The notes under the pieces: model-generated | What the model was told of the DNA's origin: nothing | Database searches by the model: none | The model's input: the letters and a program-made list of their open reading frames with translations, nothing else | Made by a program: the position numbers and the translations under genes | Origin: a virus | Lineage: Duplodnaviria; Heunggongvirae; Uroviricota; Caudoviricetes | IMG/VR virus record: IMGVR_UViG_3300028146_000009 | Coordinates: 25,850 to 89,849 of that record | Direction: 5' to 3' (one strand) | DNA length: 64,000 nt | Shown: positions 30,591-39,815 of the stretch, in pieces | Layout: the number at the start of each line of letters is the position of its first letter | Position numbering within the stretch: position 1 is the first letter of the stretch

Positions 30591-31321
30591 AAACACAAAA
30601 AGACCTTATTGATTTTTTTAATGGAGTAGATACAAAAAACTCATCAATTACTCCTGAACAAAAGGCATTCCTCCAATCTATAGGTAGATATCATCCATCT
30701 ATTACTCAACAAGAAATGAATGAAATTACTAATGCGTTTTCTGGGAATTTAGCAGGTCATGATGTTAGAATTGGATATTATGGAGGAATGGCAAGTATGG
30801 CTAATTCTAAGCAATTACCTAGGGTTCAAGCCGCAACTCCTTTAAAATCAGGTATTAAATACGTAAAAATGTCACTTTTTGATGCACCTAATGGATCAGT
30901 TCTAGTGCATGCTTGTAATGCCCAAGGTGTTTGGGGATCTGGAATTGCTAAAGAATTTAAATCAGTATTTCCAAAAGCTTTTGATGAATACAATAATTAT
31001 TGTAATATGAATTTACCATATCATTCAGTTGGCACAACTTTAATTACAAAGCCTGAAAATTCATACCGAGTTGGATGTTTAATCACTTCTTCTGATTTCG
31101 GTGCCCGATTAAATGCAGAACAATTAATTCTAACGCATACTAAACACGCACTAGATAAATTAGGTGAAATGTGTAATGATAATACAATTTACTCAAATAA
31201 ATTTAATAGTGGATTTTTTAAAGTTCCTTGGGAAAAAACTGAGAAACTTATTAATGATTTTGTTAAAAAATATAACCGAGTATGGGTCATTTGTGATCCA
31301 GACTTACAGGAGAAAAAATAA
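30587..31321 (+). CDS. macro-domain-like protein (ADP-ribose binding/processing)
   Basis: VLVHACNAQGVWGSGIAKEF and GTTLIT resemble the macro motifs VNAANxxLxxGGGVxxAI and GxAxIT. Confidence 0.4.
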   Translation: MKTQKDLIDFFNGVDTKNSSITPEQKAFLQSIGRYHPSITQQEMNEITNAFSGNLAGHDVRIGYYGGMASMANSKQLPRVQAATPLKSGIKYVKMSLFDAPNGSVLVHACNAQGVWGSGIAKEFKSVFPKAFDEYNNYCNMNLPYHSVGTTLITKPENSYRVGCLITSSDFGARLNAEQLILTHTKHALDKLGEMCNDNTIYSNKFNSGFFKVPWEKTEKLINDFVKKYNRVWVICDPDLQEKK

Positions 31322-32683
31322 ATGCTTTTATTTGCAATTTTAGGATTAGCCGGACTATTAACAATAACAATGTTATCCACATTGTTTCTAAGAAAAGTGG
31401 TTCCAACAAATGAAGTACATATTGTCCAATCAGCTAAGAAAACGACTTCTTACGGAAAAGATACTGGAAATGGAAATACTTATTATGAATGGCCAATTTG
31501 GTTGCCATTTTTAGGTGTTAGAAAATCTCAAATGCCAACAAGCGTTTTTAATTTAAATATTAAAGATTACGAAGCTTATGATAAAGGTAGATTGCCATTT
31601 GTTGTAGATGTGATGGCATTTTTTAGAATCGATGATTCAAATGTTGCAGCTTCAAGAGTTGCTAGTTTTCAAGAACTTGATGCACAACTTCAAGCAATTG
31701 TTAAAGGATCTATTAGAACAATTTTAGCAAATAATGATATTGAAACTATTTTGGCCAGCCGCGCAGTGTTTGGCGAACAGTTTACCGAGGAAGTTAAAGA
31801 ACAACTTAAACACTGGGGGGTTTGTGCAGTAAAAAATATTGAATTAATGGATATTCGAGATCATCAAACGAGCCAAGTTATTCATAACATTATGGAAAAA
31901 AAGAAATCTCATATTGAAATGGAATCTCGTACAGAGGTTGCCAAGAATATGAAATTAGCACAAACTGCTGAAATTGAGGCTAAACGAGAAGTAGATCTTA
32001 GCCAGCAAGAAGCCCAGCAAACTGTAGGTTTAAGAATGGTTGATACTCAAAGAGAAGTTGAACTTTCAAAACAAGCATCATTACAAGCTGTTAAAGAACA
32101 GGAACGTCTTACTAAAGAAAAAGAAATGAATGTTGTAAGAGTTGAGCATGTAAAAACTGCTGAAATCAATCGGGACATGGCGGTAGTCCAAGCAGATCAA
32201 TCTAAACAAACAACAATTTTGGCCGCCGAGGGAGAAAAACAAAAAACAGTTTTGACCGCTGAAGGTCAACTTGAATCACAAAAACGAAACGCTGAAGGTA
32301 TTACATTAACCGGTCAAGCTAAAGCAAATGCAGAAAAAGCAATGCAATTAGCTCCTGTAGAAGCTCAAGTTGTTTTGGCGAAAGAAATTGGTCAAAATGA
32401 ATCATACCAAAAGTATTTGATTACAATTAAACAAGTTGAAGCTCAGCAAGCAATTGGTGTGGAACAAGCTAAAGCGCTTGATAAAGCAGAAATTAAAGTA
32501 ATTGCAAATACTGGATCTAATATTAGTTCTGGATTAAATAATGTAATGGATCTATTTTCAGCTAAAGGTGGCCAACAAATTGGTGCAGCACTTGAATCTT
32601 TAGCAAATACTGATACTGGTAAAGCATTGATTGAAAAAGTTGTAACACCTAAAAAACCAGCCAATGGTAGTGCTAATTTGTGA
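31322..32683 (+). CDS. SPFH/band-7 (flotillin/HflK-like) membrane protein
   Basis: N-terminal TM. SPFH core NEVHIVQS...VMAFFRIDD...IRTILANNDIETILASR. Long C-terminal E/K/Q coiled coil. Confidence 0.65.
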   Translation: MLLFAILGLAGLLTITMLSTLFLRKVVPTNEVHIVQSAKKTTSYGKDTGNGNTYYEWPIWLPFLGVRKSQMPTSVFNLNIKDYEAYDKGRLPFVVDVMAFFRIDDSNVAASRVASFQELDAQLQAIVKGSIRTILANNDIETILASRAVFGEQFTEEVKEQLKHWGVCAVKNIELMDIRDHQTSQVIHNIMEKKKSHIEMESRTEVAKNMKLAQTAEIEAKREVDLSQQEAQQTVGLRMVDTQREVELSKQASLQAVKEQERLTKEKEMNVVRVEHVKTAEINRDMAVVQADQSKQTTILAAEGEKQKTVLTAEGQLESQKRNAEGITLTGQAKANAEKAMQLAPVEAQVVLAKEIGQNESYQKYLITIKQVEAQQAIGVEQAKALDKAEIKVIANTGSNISSGLNNVMDLFSAKGGQQIGAALESLANTDTGKALIEKVVTPKKPANGSANL

Positions 32684-32724
32684 GAAATAAACAAATTTTA
32701 GAAATGTCTACAAATGGAGAAAAA

Positions 32725-34212
32725 ATGAATTATAATCCAATGCTACTTTGTGATTTTTATAAAATTAGTCACCGGGCAATGTATCCAGAAGGAACTGAAA
32801 CCGTCTATTCAACTTGGACACCCAGGGCTTCAAGAATGAAAGGTGTAAATGAAGTTGTAAACTTTGGTCTTCAAAAATTTGTTAAAGAATATTTGATTTC
32901 TTATTTTAATAAAAACTTTTTTAATAAAAGTAAGAAATATCTTGTAGATGATTATAAGAGAATTATTAAAGGAACATTGGGAGTTGAAAATCCTGATACT
33001 CAACATATTGAAGATCTTCGAGATTTAGGATATTTACCACTTTCAATTAAAGCTCTTCCAGAAGGAACTAAAGTTCCGCTTCGAACTCCAGTGATGACAA
33101 TTCAAAATACCAACCCTAAATTCTTCTGGCTTACTAATTTCATTGAATCTTTAGCGAGTTCTGAACTTTGGCAAGCATCAACTTCTGCAACAATTGCCCA
33201 TGAATATCGTAAAATTCTTGATAAATATGCAATGGAAACTGTAGGAAATACAGATTTCGTTCAATTCCAAGGCCACGATTTTTCATTTCGCGGAATGAGC
33301 AGTCTTGAATCTGCAGTAAATTCAGGCCTGGGTCATCTTCTTTCTTTTGTAGGAACTGACACAATTCCAGCAATTCAAGGGGCCGAGCACTTTTATAATG
33401 CAAATGTTGAAAAAGAACTAGTGGGGACTTCAATTCCAGCCACTGAACATTCAATCCAATGCACTTATCAAGATGATATGAAATATCTAGAAACCATGCT
33501 TACAAAAGTTCATCCTAATGGTTTTGTTTCCATTGTAAGTGATGGTTATGACTTTTGGAATGTTATTGGAAATGTTTTACCAGCTTTTAAAGATAAGATA
33601 ATGGCGCGCAGTGGTGGCCCGATCGGGGACCGAGTAGTAATTCGTCCTGACTCGGGAGATCCTGTTAAAATCGTTTGTGGTGACCCTAGCGCCTCGCCAG
33701 ACAGTTTAGAACATAAAGGTGCGGTGGAGGCATTATATGATATTTTCGGTGGATCAATTACAACTAATGGTTATAAGTTGCTTGATTCCCATATTGGTCT
33801 TATCTATGGCGATGCTATTACGCTGGAACGATGCAAAGAGATTTGCGGACGACTTAAGTCTAAGGGTTTTGCGAGCATTAACTGTGTTTATGGGATTGGT
33901 TCTTTTACTTATCAGTACAATACTCGTGATACATTTGGTTACGCATTAAAATCCACACTTGCAGTAATTAATGGTGATGAAAAGATGATTTTTAAGGACC
34001 CAAAAACTGATGATGGAACTAAAAAGAGCCAAAAAGGACGAGTTGCAGTTTTTAAAAATGAAAATAATGTTATTGAATGGGAAGATAATTTATGGCTAAA
34101 TGGACCTAATTCAAGATTAACTGGTAACCTTCTACAAGAAGTTTTTCGAGATGGAAAATTATTGGTGGATGAGAATTTTAGCACGATTAGAGATAGGTTG
34201 AAGAATAGTTAA
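32725..34212 (+). CDS. nadV: nicotinamide phosphoribosyltransferase family (NadV / Namat-like)
   Basis: LCDFYKISH, GHDFSFRGMSS, VSDGYD and IRPDSGDP match NAMPT signatures. Start set at the ATG after the GGAG RBS. Confidence 0.85.
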   Translation: MNYNPMLLCDFYKISHRAMYPEGTETVYSTWTPRASRMKGVNEVVNFGLQKFVKEYLISYFNKNFFNKSKKYLVDDYKRIIKGTLGVENPDTQHIEDLRDLGYLPLSIKALPEGTKVPLRTPVMTIQNTNPKFFWLTNFIESLASSELWQASTSATIAHEYRKILDKYAMETVGNTDFVQFQGHDFSFRGMSSLESAVNSGLGHLLSFVGTDTIPAIQGAEHFYNANVEKELVGTSIPATEHSIQCTYQDDMKYLETMLTKVHPNGFVSIVSDGYDFWNVIGNVLPAFKDKIMARSGGPIGDRVVIRPDSGDPVKIVCGDPSASPDSLEHKGAVEALYDIFGGSITTNGYKLLDSHIGLIYGDAITLERCKEICGRLKSKGFASINCVYGIGSFTYQYNTRDTFGYALKSTLAVINGDEKMIFKDPKTDDGTKKSQKGRVAVFKNENNVIEWEDNLWLNGPNSRLTGNLLQEVFRDGKLLVDENFSTIRDRLKNS

Positions 34213-34235
34213 TTTATAATCTTAAGGAGATTAAA

Positions 34236-34859
34236 ATGTTTGGAATGAATAAAGCCGCGAAAGTTAAAATCGACCGATCAACGGAACAAGTTTTGGAATT
34301 GGAAGCCCAAAAGAAACGTTTAGAAATGGAACGTGATCAAATTCAAATTGAACTTCAAAATCAAAAGAAGCGAGAAGGAATGAAACTTGAAGAAGAAGCT
34401 CATAAACAAAAGCTTAAACTTCAAGAAGAAACCGCAGTATTTAATCGTGAAAAGTTGATTTGGGAAAAAGAAAAACAAGAACTTATTGACCGCGCGGCTC
34501 GTGAACGTAAAGAATTTGAAGAAACCCATAAACGTGAATCTGAACTTAAAACTCAAGAAGCTGTAACTCTTACAAAACTTGAAGCTCAGCAAAAAATTAA
34601 ACAAGCTGAAATTGATAAAGCTCGCGAAGTAAATGAAGTGAGAACTAAAGCTGCTGAAGAACTTTCTGCAACTAAATCAAGTTTAGCCGAAGATTATTAT
34701 AATAAACTAACTGCCGCTTTTCAAGATATTCAAATGAATGGCGATAAAAATAGTAAGTTTGTTCAAGAATTAGCTTTAAAAGTTTTTGATCGAGTTCCAA
34801 GTTCTGATGTGAGAGTCGATGTAAATCAACCTAAACTTGTGCAAGGATCTAGTAATTAA
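34236..34859 (+). CDS. K/E-rich coiled-coil protein
   Basis: 207 aa with a heptad-like E/K/Q composition. Confidence 0.45.
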   Translation: MFGMNKAAKVKIDRSTEQVLELEAQKKRLEMERDQIQIELQNQKKREGMKLEEEAHKQKLKLQEETAVFNREKLIWEKEKQELIDRAARERKEFEETHKRESELKTQEAVTLTKLEAQQKIKQAEIDKAREVNEVRTKAAEELSATKSSLAEDYYNKLTAAFQDIQMNGDKNSKFVQELALKVFDRVPSSDVRVDVNQPKLVQGSSN

Positions 34860-35344
34860 TGTCTGTAATGCAAAATTTAGGCGTAAACCAACAACATTAT
34901 TATAGTCAGGGTGATCAATTAGGACGATGCCCTCAATGTTATGGAACTACGGTTCAAAATATTGGCACATTAAATGTAAATGGGACTGTGCAAGATGTAA
35001 ATAATTGTACAAGTTGTAATAGAATTTTCACTGGAACAAATGGTGGAATTCAATCTTTAGTGCAAGAAGCGCAAAAACTCTATAATACTCAAAATGTTGG
35101 ATTTCAATCTCAAATGGCAATGGGTCAAAATTTAGGACAAGCTGGAATGCAATACCAACCGCCAGATAATAGTTATAAATTTGACCAAATGAATACTAAT
35201 TTACAGCTACTTTTAAATCAAATATCAACTTTAACTCAAGAAATCTTAAGGATTGCAAATCAAAACCAGGACCTAATGACAAAATTAGCAACTGATCCAC
35301 TTGTAAATATTAGGAAAAGAGTTTCAGACTTTAATCTTGAATGA
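34859..35344 (+). CDS. zinc-ribbon-containing Q/N-rich protein
   Basis: CPQCYG...CTSCNR. Confidence 0.4.
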   Translation: MSVMQNLGVNQQHYYSQGDQLGRCPQCYGTTVQNIGTLNVNGTVQDVNNCTSCNRIFTGTNGGIQSLVQEAQKLYNTQNVGFQSQMAMGQNLGQAGMQYQPPDNSYKFDQMNTNLQLLLNQISTLTQEILRIANQNQDLMTKLATDPLVNIRKRVSDFNLE

Positions 35345-35997
35345 ATAAAATAAACATTTATACAGCAGCAGGAGGCATGGAAATCTGTTATCTAATGGAT
35401 CTCCCAGATAAAATCGCCCGAAATAAAATCCAAAATGGTCGATTAATAGTTCCAAGTATTAAAAAATCAAATGCTGGGGTATTATATAATGAAAATCCAT
35501 GGGAAATTATAAGTCAACAAATTACCCAAGCCGAATATAAATTAAATGAATTTTATAGACAGAATGCTATGGAACAAGTTGATTATAAACGACATTATCT
35601 GGAAGACCAACCCATTTATAAGGCTGAAAAAAACCAGATTCTTTTAGAATTTAAAACGATGCTCGCCAAAAAAACTCCATTTGCATTTATAAAGGATTTG
35701 AATCTTAAAAAAATCGATGAATTATCAAATGAATATGCAATAAAATTCGGGGATAATGATTTTATTGGAGTTGAGGCAAATTTAAGCCCTTACCAGAAAT
35801 TCTTCTCAATTATAAATTTAAGTGATTTAATATTTTATATGGTAGAATTTAAAGATATAACGAGTGATTCCACAATTTATAAAGGAAAATTAATAAATGT
35901 TAATCCAGATAATTGGATTTGTTATAGATATGAAAATTTGGAATATTTGAAAGAATTAAATCAATTGAACTATTTTAATCGGTTGGATAATAAATGA
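35341..35997 (+). CDS. hypothetical protein
   Basis: 218 aa, ATGA-coupled. Confidence 0.4.
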   Translation: MNKINIYTAAGGMEICYLMDLPDKIARNKIQNGRLIVPSIKKSNAGVLYNENPWEIISQQITQAEYKLNEFYRQNAMEQVDYKRHYLEDQPIYKAEKNQILLEFKTMLAKKTPFAFIKDLNLKKIDELSNEYAIKFGDNDFIGVEANLSPYQKFFSIINLSDLIFYMVEFKDITSDSTIYKGKLINVNPDNWICYRYENLEYLKELNQLNYFNRLDNK

Positions 35998-36176
35998 TTG
36001 ATCCTTTTGATTTAGATTTTTATAAACAATGGATTCTAACTGGAACTGTTATATTTAAAATTGTTTCTGATGAAAATGGTAATATTACTAAAGAAATAGT
36101 AGATCCAAATGATTTAAGTGGACAAGAATTTGAACATTTAGAAATAATTGAAACTTTTAAAAGGAAAAATGAATGA
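35994..36176 (+). CDS. hypothetical protein
   Basis: 60 aa, ATGA-coupled. Confidence 0.3.
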   Translation: MIDPFDLDFYKQWILTGTVIFKIVSDENGNITKEIVDPNDLSGQEFEHLEIIETFKRKNE

Positions 36177-36370
36177 AAAATTTAAAAGATCTAACCGAAG
36201 ATCAATTAATGGAAATGCATACAGAAGCTTTATTTGAGATTAGTTACCATACCGCAGAAATTAAACACCTGGAAACTCATATTAATGAAGCAGTTGAAAC
36301 TATGCAGGCTGTTGATGAAGAAATGGATTCTAGACAAAATGGGCCAAAATTAAAGCCAGTTAATAATTAA
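36173..36370 (+). CDS. hypothetical protein
   Basis: 65 aa, ATGA-coupled, last gene of the island. Confidence 0.3.
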   Translation: MKNLKDLTEDQLMEMHTEALFEISYHTAEIKHLETHINEAVETMQAVDEEMDSRQNGPKLKPVNN

Positions 36371-37155
36371 ACTTTATATCTCCAATAATAACCAGCGGCT
36401 TGTAATCTTTCACCCCTGATAACCCGCCTAACCTGCTTTGGTTGAAATCCTTTATTAGTTAAGTCTTCGCAATTATCAAAAGTTACTATTTCTCCGGTTT
36501 CAACATTAATACCCTCAATAGGCTTTAAAAAATCATGTTTAAAAGCTCCTATAAGGTCTAGAGCTTGTTTTTTATAGAAATCTGGGTCATCTACTGTTTT
36601 ATAGAACCAGCACTGTTTCTGGCCCGTTTTAGCAGTTTTATTCAAAGCGGAATAAATAGAAGATACTGAAAAACCATCACGGCGGGCATCATGAACTCTA
36701 CTATAAAACTTAACCGATCCATCATAGATTGATACTGCAACTATTGGAACTGCCTGGGATTCACCAGCTTTTTGATTAGATTCTTCTCTTTGTTTTCGTT
36801 TTTCAGGATCAGCCCATTCTTTTAACATTGTTTTTTTATTATTTTCTGCTAATCTTTCCCATCTAGTGGGGTCAATTGTATTATAACCATTTGGTTCCAT
36901 AGTATTAAATAGGTCTATAAAATACATTTCCAATTCTTCTAAATCAGATTTAATAAAAACAGTGCATATTTCTTCAATTTTAAAACTAGACTCACCATAT
37001 TTTTTAATGGCTTTATGGAAATAACAATTAGTATCTTTTTTAGCTAGATACTTGTGATTACTCCAACGAATCTCTGCGGTGTTCTTGGTAGAACCCACAT
37101 ACATTTTTTTATTAGTTTTATTTGTTATTAAATAAATACAACCTTCACGTTTCAT
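36367..37155 (-). mobile_element. freestanding GIY-YIG homing endonuclease gene
   Basis: GCIYLITNKTNKKMYVGST (GIY..YVG). Downstream R, H, YGESSF, ELE and PNGYN catalytic motifs. Sits just downstream of the capsid-gene terminator. Confidence 0.75.
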
Positions 37156-37191
37156 ATTTCTATCATACCATTATTTCTAAGTGACAATCAA

Positions 37192-37229
37192 GATAAAAAA
37201 TTAGGGACTGCAAAAATACAATCCCTAAT
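37192..37229 (-). terminator. rho-independent terminator after major capsid gene
   Basis: ATTAGGGA-14nt-TCCCTAAT stem, followed by TTTTTTATCTT on the minus strand. Confidence 0.6.
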
Positions 37230-37240
37230 CTTGTAACTAC

Positions 37241-38497
37241 TTAATTACTGTTAACAATATTGAACAAAACAGTGTTCCGACCAGGCGCACTTGTAAACAA
37301 GGCTTGGTCTGACCAAAGACGCAATTCGTAGCCCGCAGCATCCGACAAATCTCTAAAGAACTCATCACCTTGTGACGGTCGTTTAAAGGTAACATCAGAG
37401 CTACCAACACGGCACCATTCATCCATAGCAAGTACGAATGCATAACCTTGTTTAATATAAATAGATGCTTCGATTTCAATAGCACCGGTTAAAGTATTAA
37501 ACACAAGTTTTTCAGAACCGTTTTCAGCAACTGATACTTTATAGCTACCATCGTATTTACGAAGAGCAGCTTGATCAGACATCATATTTGTCCAACCGCG
37601 AGGATTACAGTAACAAACGGCTTTACCGTCCATACCTTTTTCCATTGCACGTTCAGTGGCTTGAGTAATTTTTGTAAAGCTCAAAGCACCTGATTGAGCA
37701 TCGTATTGGTTACCACGGAAAAGGTTGAATTGAGCGGTATCGATATTAAACAATAAACCTGAGGTCATTGTTAAAATTTTGTGGATACCAGGGAATTCAT
37801 TACCAAAAGCACCTTTATGCCAGATAACATCTGTAGCAACAACACCTGGAATAGCACTTACAGTCGTAATGGTTTGCGCCAAAAAGTCAACTGAAGCTAC
37901 CGTAGAAGTTCCACGGCTAACTGTGCCTGCGGCGTTACGGATTTCAATTGGCATTCCTTCAGCACCGGCCCAAATACCAGGAGCCCATTCGGCAGTGGTA
38001 ATCGTTAAAAGAGTTCCAGCAGCGGCAGAAACCGTTGCATAACCCATTTGACCGTAAAGAAGTTCGATTTCGAGTTTCTTAGTAACTGAACGAAGCATAT
38101 TTGAAACGAGGTATTTTGTACCGTCTTCAAAAGCTTTGGCAGTTCCTTGAGCCGCGCGACTTGCAGCGGTATAACCAAGAACTGAACGGAGAACCAAGGG
38201 GTTACCACGAACTTCAGCATCTTTAGTTTGACCGGCAATCGCAGGATTCAAATTAAAAGCATCATCAGTGCTGTTCGCAAAGGTAACGCCATGTTCCATT
38301 CCAAGAATAACAGGCTGGTGATATAAATTACCAGGTTGTTTATCTTTGGGAAGGAAAGGGATTTTATTGAGCAATTTAACTCCATCAGGAATTAATTGTT
38401 CTAATTTATTTGCATAAGTTTCTTTAAAAAAGCCATTCAGATTCCCAACTTCATTTCCTGGGGTTCCGAACGTATTTGCACTTTGACCTAAAGCCAT
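37241..38497 (-). CDS. putative major capsid protein
   Basis: 418 aa. Followed by a strong terminator and preceded by decoration-like and scaffold-like genes. The call rests on position and size only. Confidence 0.5.
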   Translation of the reverse strand: MALGQSANTFGTPGNEVGNLNGFFKETYANKLEQLIPDGVKLLNKIPFLPKDKQPGNLYHQPVILGMEHGVTFANSTDDAFNLNPAIAGQTKDAEVRGNPLVLRSVLGYTAASRAAQGTAKAFEDGTKYLVSNMLRSVTKKLEIELLYGQMGYATVSAAAGTLLTITTAEWAPGIWAGAEGMPIEIRNAAGTVSRGTSTVASVDFLAQTITTVSAIPGVVATDVIWHKGAFGNEFPGIHKILTMTSGLLFNIDTAQFNLFRGNQYDAQSGALSFTKITQATERAMEKGMDGKAVCYCNPRGWTNMMSDQAALRKYDGSYKVSVAENGSEKLVFNTLTGAIEIEASIYIKQGYAFVLAMDEWCRVGSSDVTFKRPSQGDEFFRDLSDAAGYELRLWSDQALFTSAPGRNTVLFNIVNSN

Positions 38498-38517
38498 TTT
38501 CTATATCTCCTATTAAA

Positions 38518-38856
38518 TTATTGTTTAGTTGTGTAGCGAACGATCAAAACGTCGTTAGCTGCAAGTGAGGACAAACCAGCGATTTCAATTGCACCTAAAT
38601 CATTAGGCGGTCCAACCGTCAATGAAGTAGAATCTACAATAGAGATGCTAGATTGTTGAAATTGAGTAACTAAGTTTGAGCTATCGACTTTTACCGAAGC
38701 TAAATAAACTGCAGTTACCGGTTCATAAACCAGTACGAAACAATTTCCGCCTGAAATTACGTATGAACCATTATCAGAACCGCGAATAGCCAATTCTTCA
38801 ACCTTGAGGCTTTGATATTGGGTATTGGCGTTTTTTGGATAAAATCCATCTGCCAT
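38518..38856 (-). CDS. head-proximal small protein (decoration-like), short paralog
   Basis: 112 aa. N- and C-terminal similarity to 39149..39760 (MADGFYPKN...LKVEELAIRGSD / ...VKVDSSN...ISIVDS...AANDVLIVRY). Confidence 0.45.
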   Translation of the reverse strand: MADGFYPKNANTQYQSLKVEELAIRGSDNGSYVISGGNCFVLVYEPVTAVYLASVKVDSSNLVTQFQQSSISIVDSTSLTVGPPNDLGAIEIAGLSSLAANDVLIVRYTTKQ

Positions 38857-38876
38857 TTTTTTCTCCTAAAATTTTG

Positions 38877-38904
38877 TTTACAAATTGTTTATTTTTGTTA
38901 TAAT
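38877..38904 (+). promoter_or_regulatory. near-consensus sigma70-type promoter on the plus strand (TTTACA-16-TGTTATAAT) inside a minus-strand gene block
   Basis: -35 at 38877-38882 and an extended -10 TGnTATAAT at 38896-38904. No plus-strand ORF lies downstream. Confidence 0.3.
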
Positions 38905-39091
38905 CAACTCATAAGTATGTATTTCTTCGGAGATACTCTTAAGTCCAGAAGGATATTAAGGGTCTATAGAAGAATAATCGCTTAATCGTCTAGTATTAGT
39001 TGTTAAATTGATTGGTTTTTTGGGTTCCACATGGATATCTCTAGCTTATAATTGGACGTAAGAGTGCTAGCTGCCCAATGTTTTATATTAA

Positions 39092-39120
39092 TAAAAAACC
39101 CGGCCATTTTTAGACCGGGC
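39092..39120 (-). terminator. rho-independent terminator
   Basis: CCCGG-loop-CCGGG hairpin followed by a T6 run on the minus strand, downstream of 39149..39760. Confidence 0.5.
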
Positions 39121-39148
39121 ATTCTGGGATAAGTCTTTAAATTTACTA

Positions 39149-39760
39149 TTAAACTGGGGTAGGAGTTGGGGTATTTAAATTTTCCTGAGTTCTATACTTC
39201 AATGAAATCACATCATTAGCAGCTAAAGCGCCAGGATAACCACTCAAAAGAATTGAACTTTGATCACTAACGCTGGTTCTGGTATTAAAATTAAAGCCAG
39301 TTAAAGCACCCTGGGAGTCAACAATTGAAATGCTCGCCTGATTAAAATCATAAACAGAATTAGACGCATCGACTTTTACAGCGGCGGTATAAACGGCATT
39401 TACAGGTTCGCCAATTAAAACTGTAATATTTTGAGTTGCAAAAGAACCGGCAGTTCCAGCAACTGAAACGTTTACAGGAACTGAGAACGTCGTAGCACTA
39501 ATAACTGTTACAACTTGAGCACCATTAATACTAGGGGTTGAATTAGAACCTGAGATCGTAATGGTTTGTCCCGTTTGTAAACCATGGGGAGTAGCAGTCG
39601 TAACAACCGTGGGATTAGCCGCCGTATTGCCAGTAATCGTAATAGGGGTTCCAGCTACCGACGTAAACATATTAAAATCAGAACCACGAATAAATAAAGA
39701 TTCTACTTTAAGTGTTTGTTTCGCGGGCAACTGATTTTTTGGATCAAAACCAATAGACAT
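39149..39760 (-). CDS. decoration-like protein, long paralog with inserted ISGSNSTPSING module
   Basis: 203 aa. Same termini as 38518..38856, plus an inserted TPHGLQTGQTITISGSNSTPSINGAQVVTVISATTFSVPVNV. TTTAACAACT motif 42 nt upstream. Confidence 0.5.
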   Translation of the reverse strand: MSIGFDPKNQLPAKQTLKVESLFIRGSDFNMFTSVAGTPITITGNTAANPTVVTTATPHGLQTGQTITISGSNSTPSINGAQVVTVISATTFSVPVNVSVAGTAGSFATQNITVLIGEPVNAVYTAAVKVDASNSVYDFNQASISIVDSQGALTGFNFNTRTSVSDQSSILLSGYPGALAANDVISLKYRTQENLNTPTPTPV

Positions 39761-39815
39761 ATTTAAAAGCTCCTAATAATTAGTTGAAACGTTTCGATAT
39801 TAGTTGTTAAATTGA

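Noticed and set aside
31189-34604. ORFs 31189..31380(-), 32081..32269(-), 32443..32694(-), 33140..33454(-), 33719..33949(+), 33939..34184(-) and 34320..34604(-).
   Set aside because: They lie inside or antisense to the macro, SPFH, NAMPT and coiled-coil genes, which have strong homology-type support.
37237-38238. ORFs 37237..37485(-), 37779..38042(+) and 38005..38238(-) within the capsid gene.
   Set aside because: They are alternate frames of the 418-aa capsid ORF.
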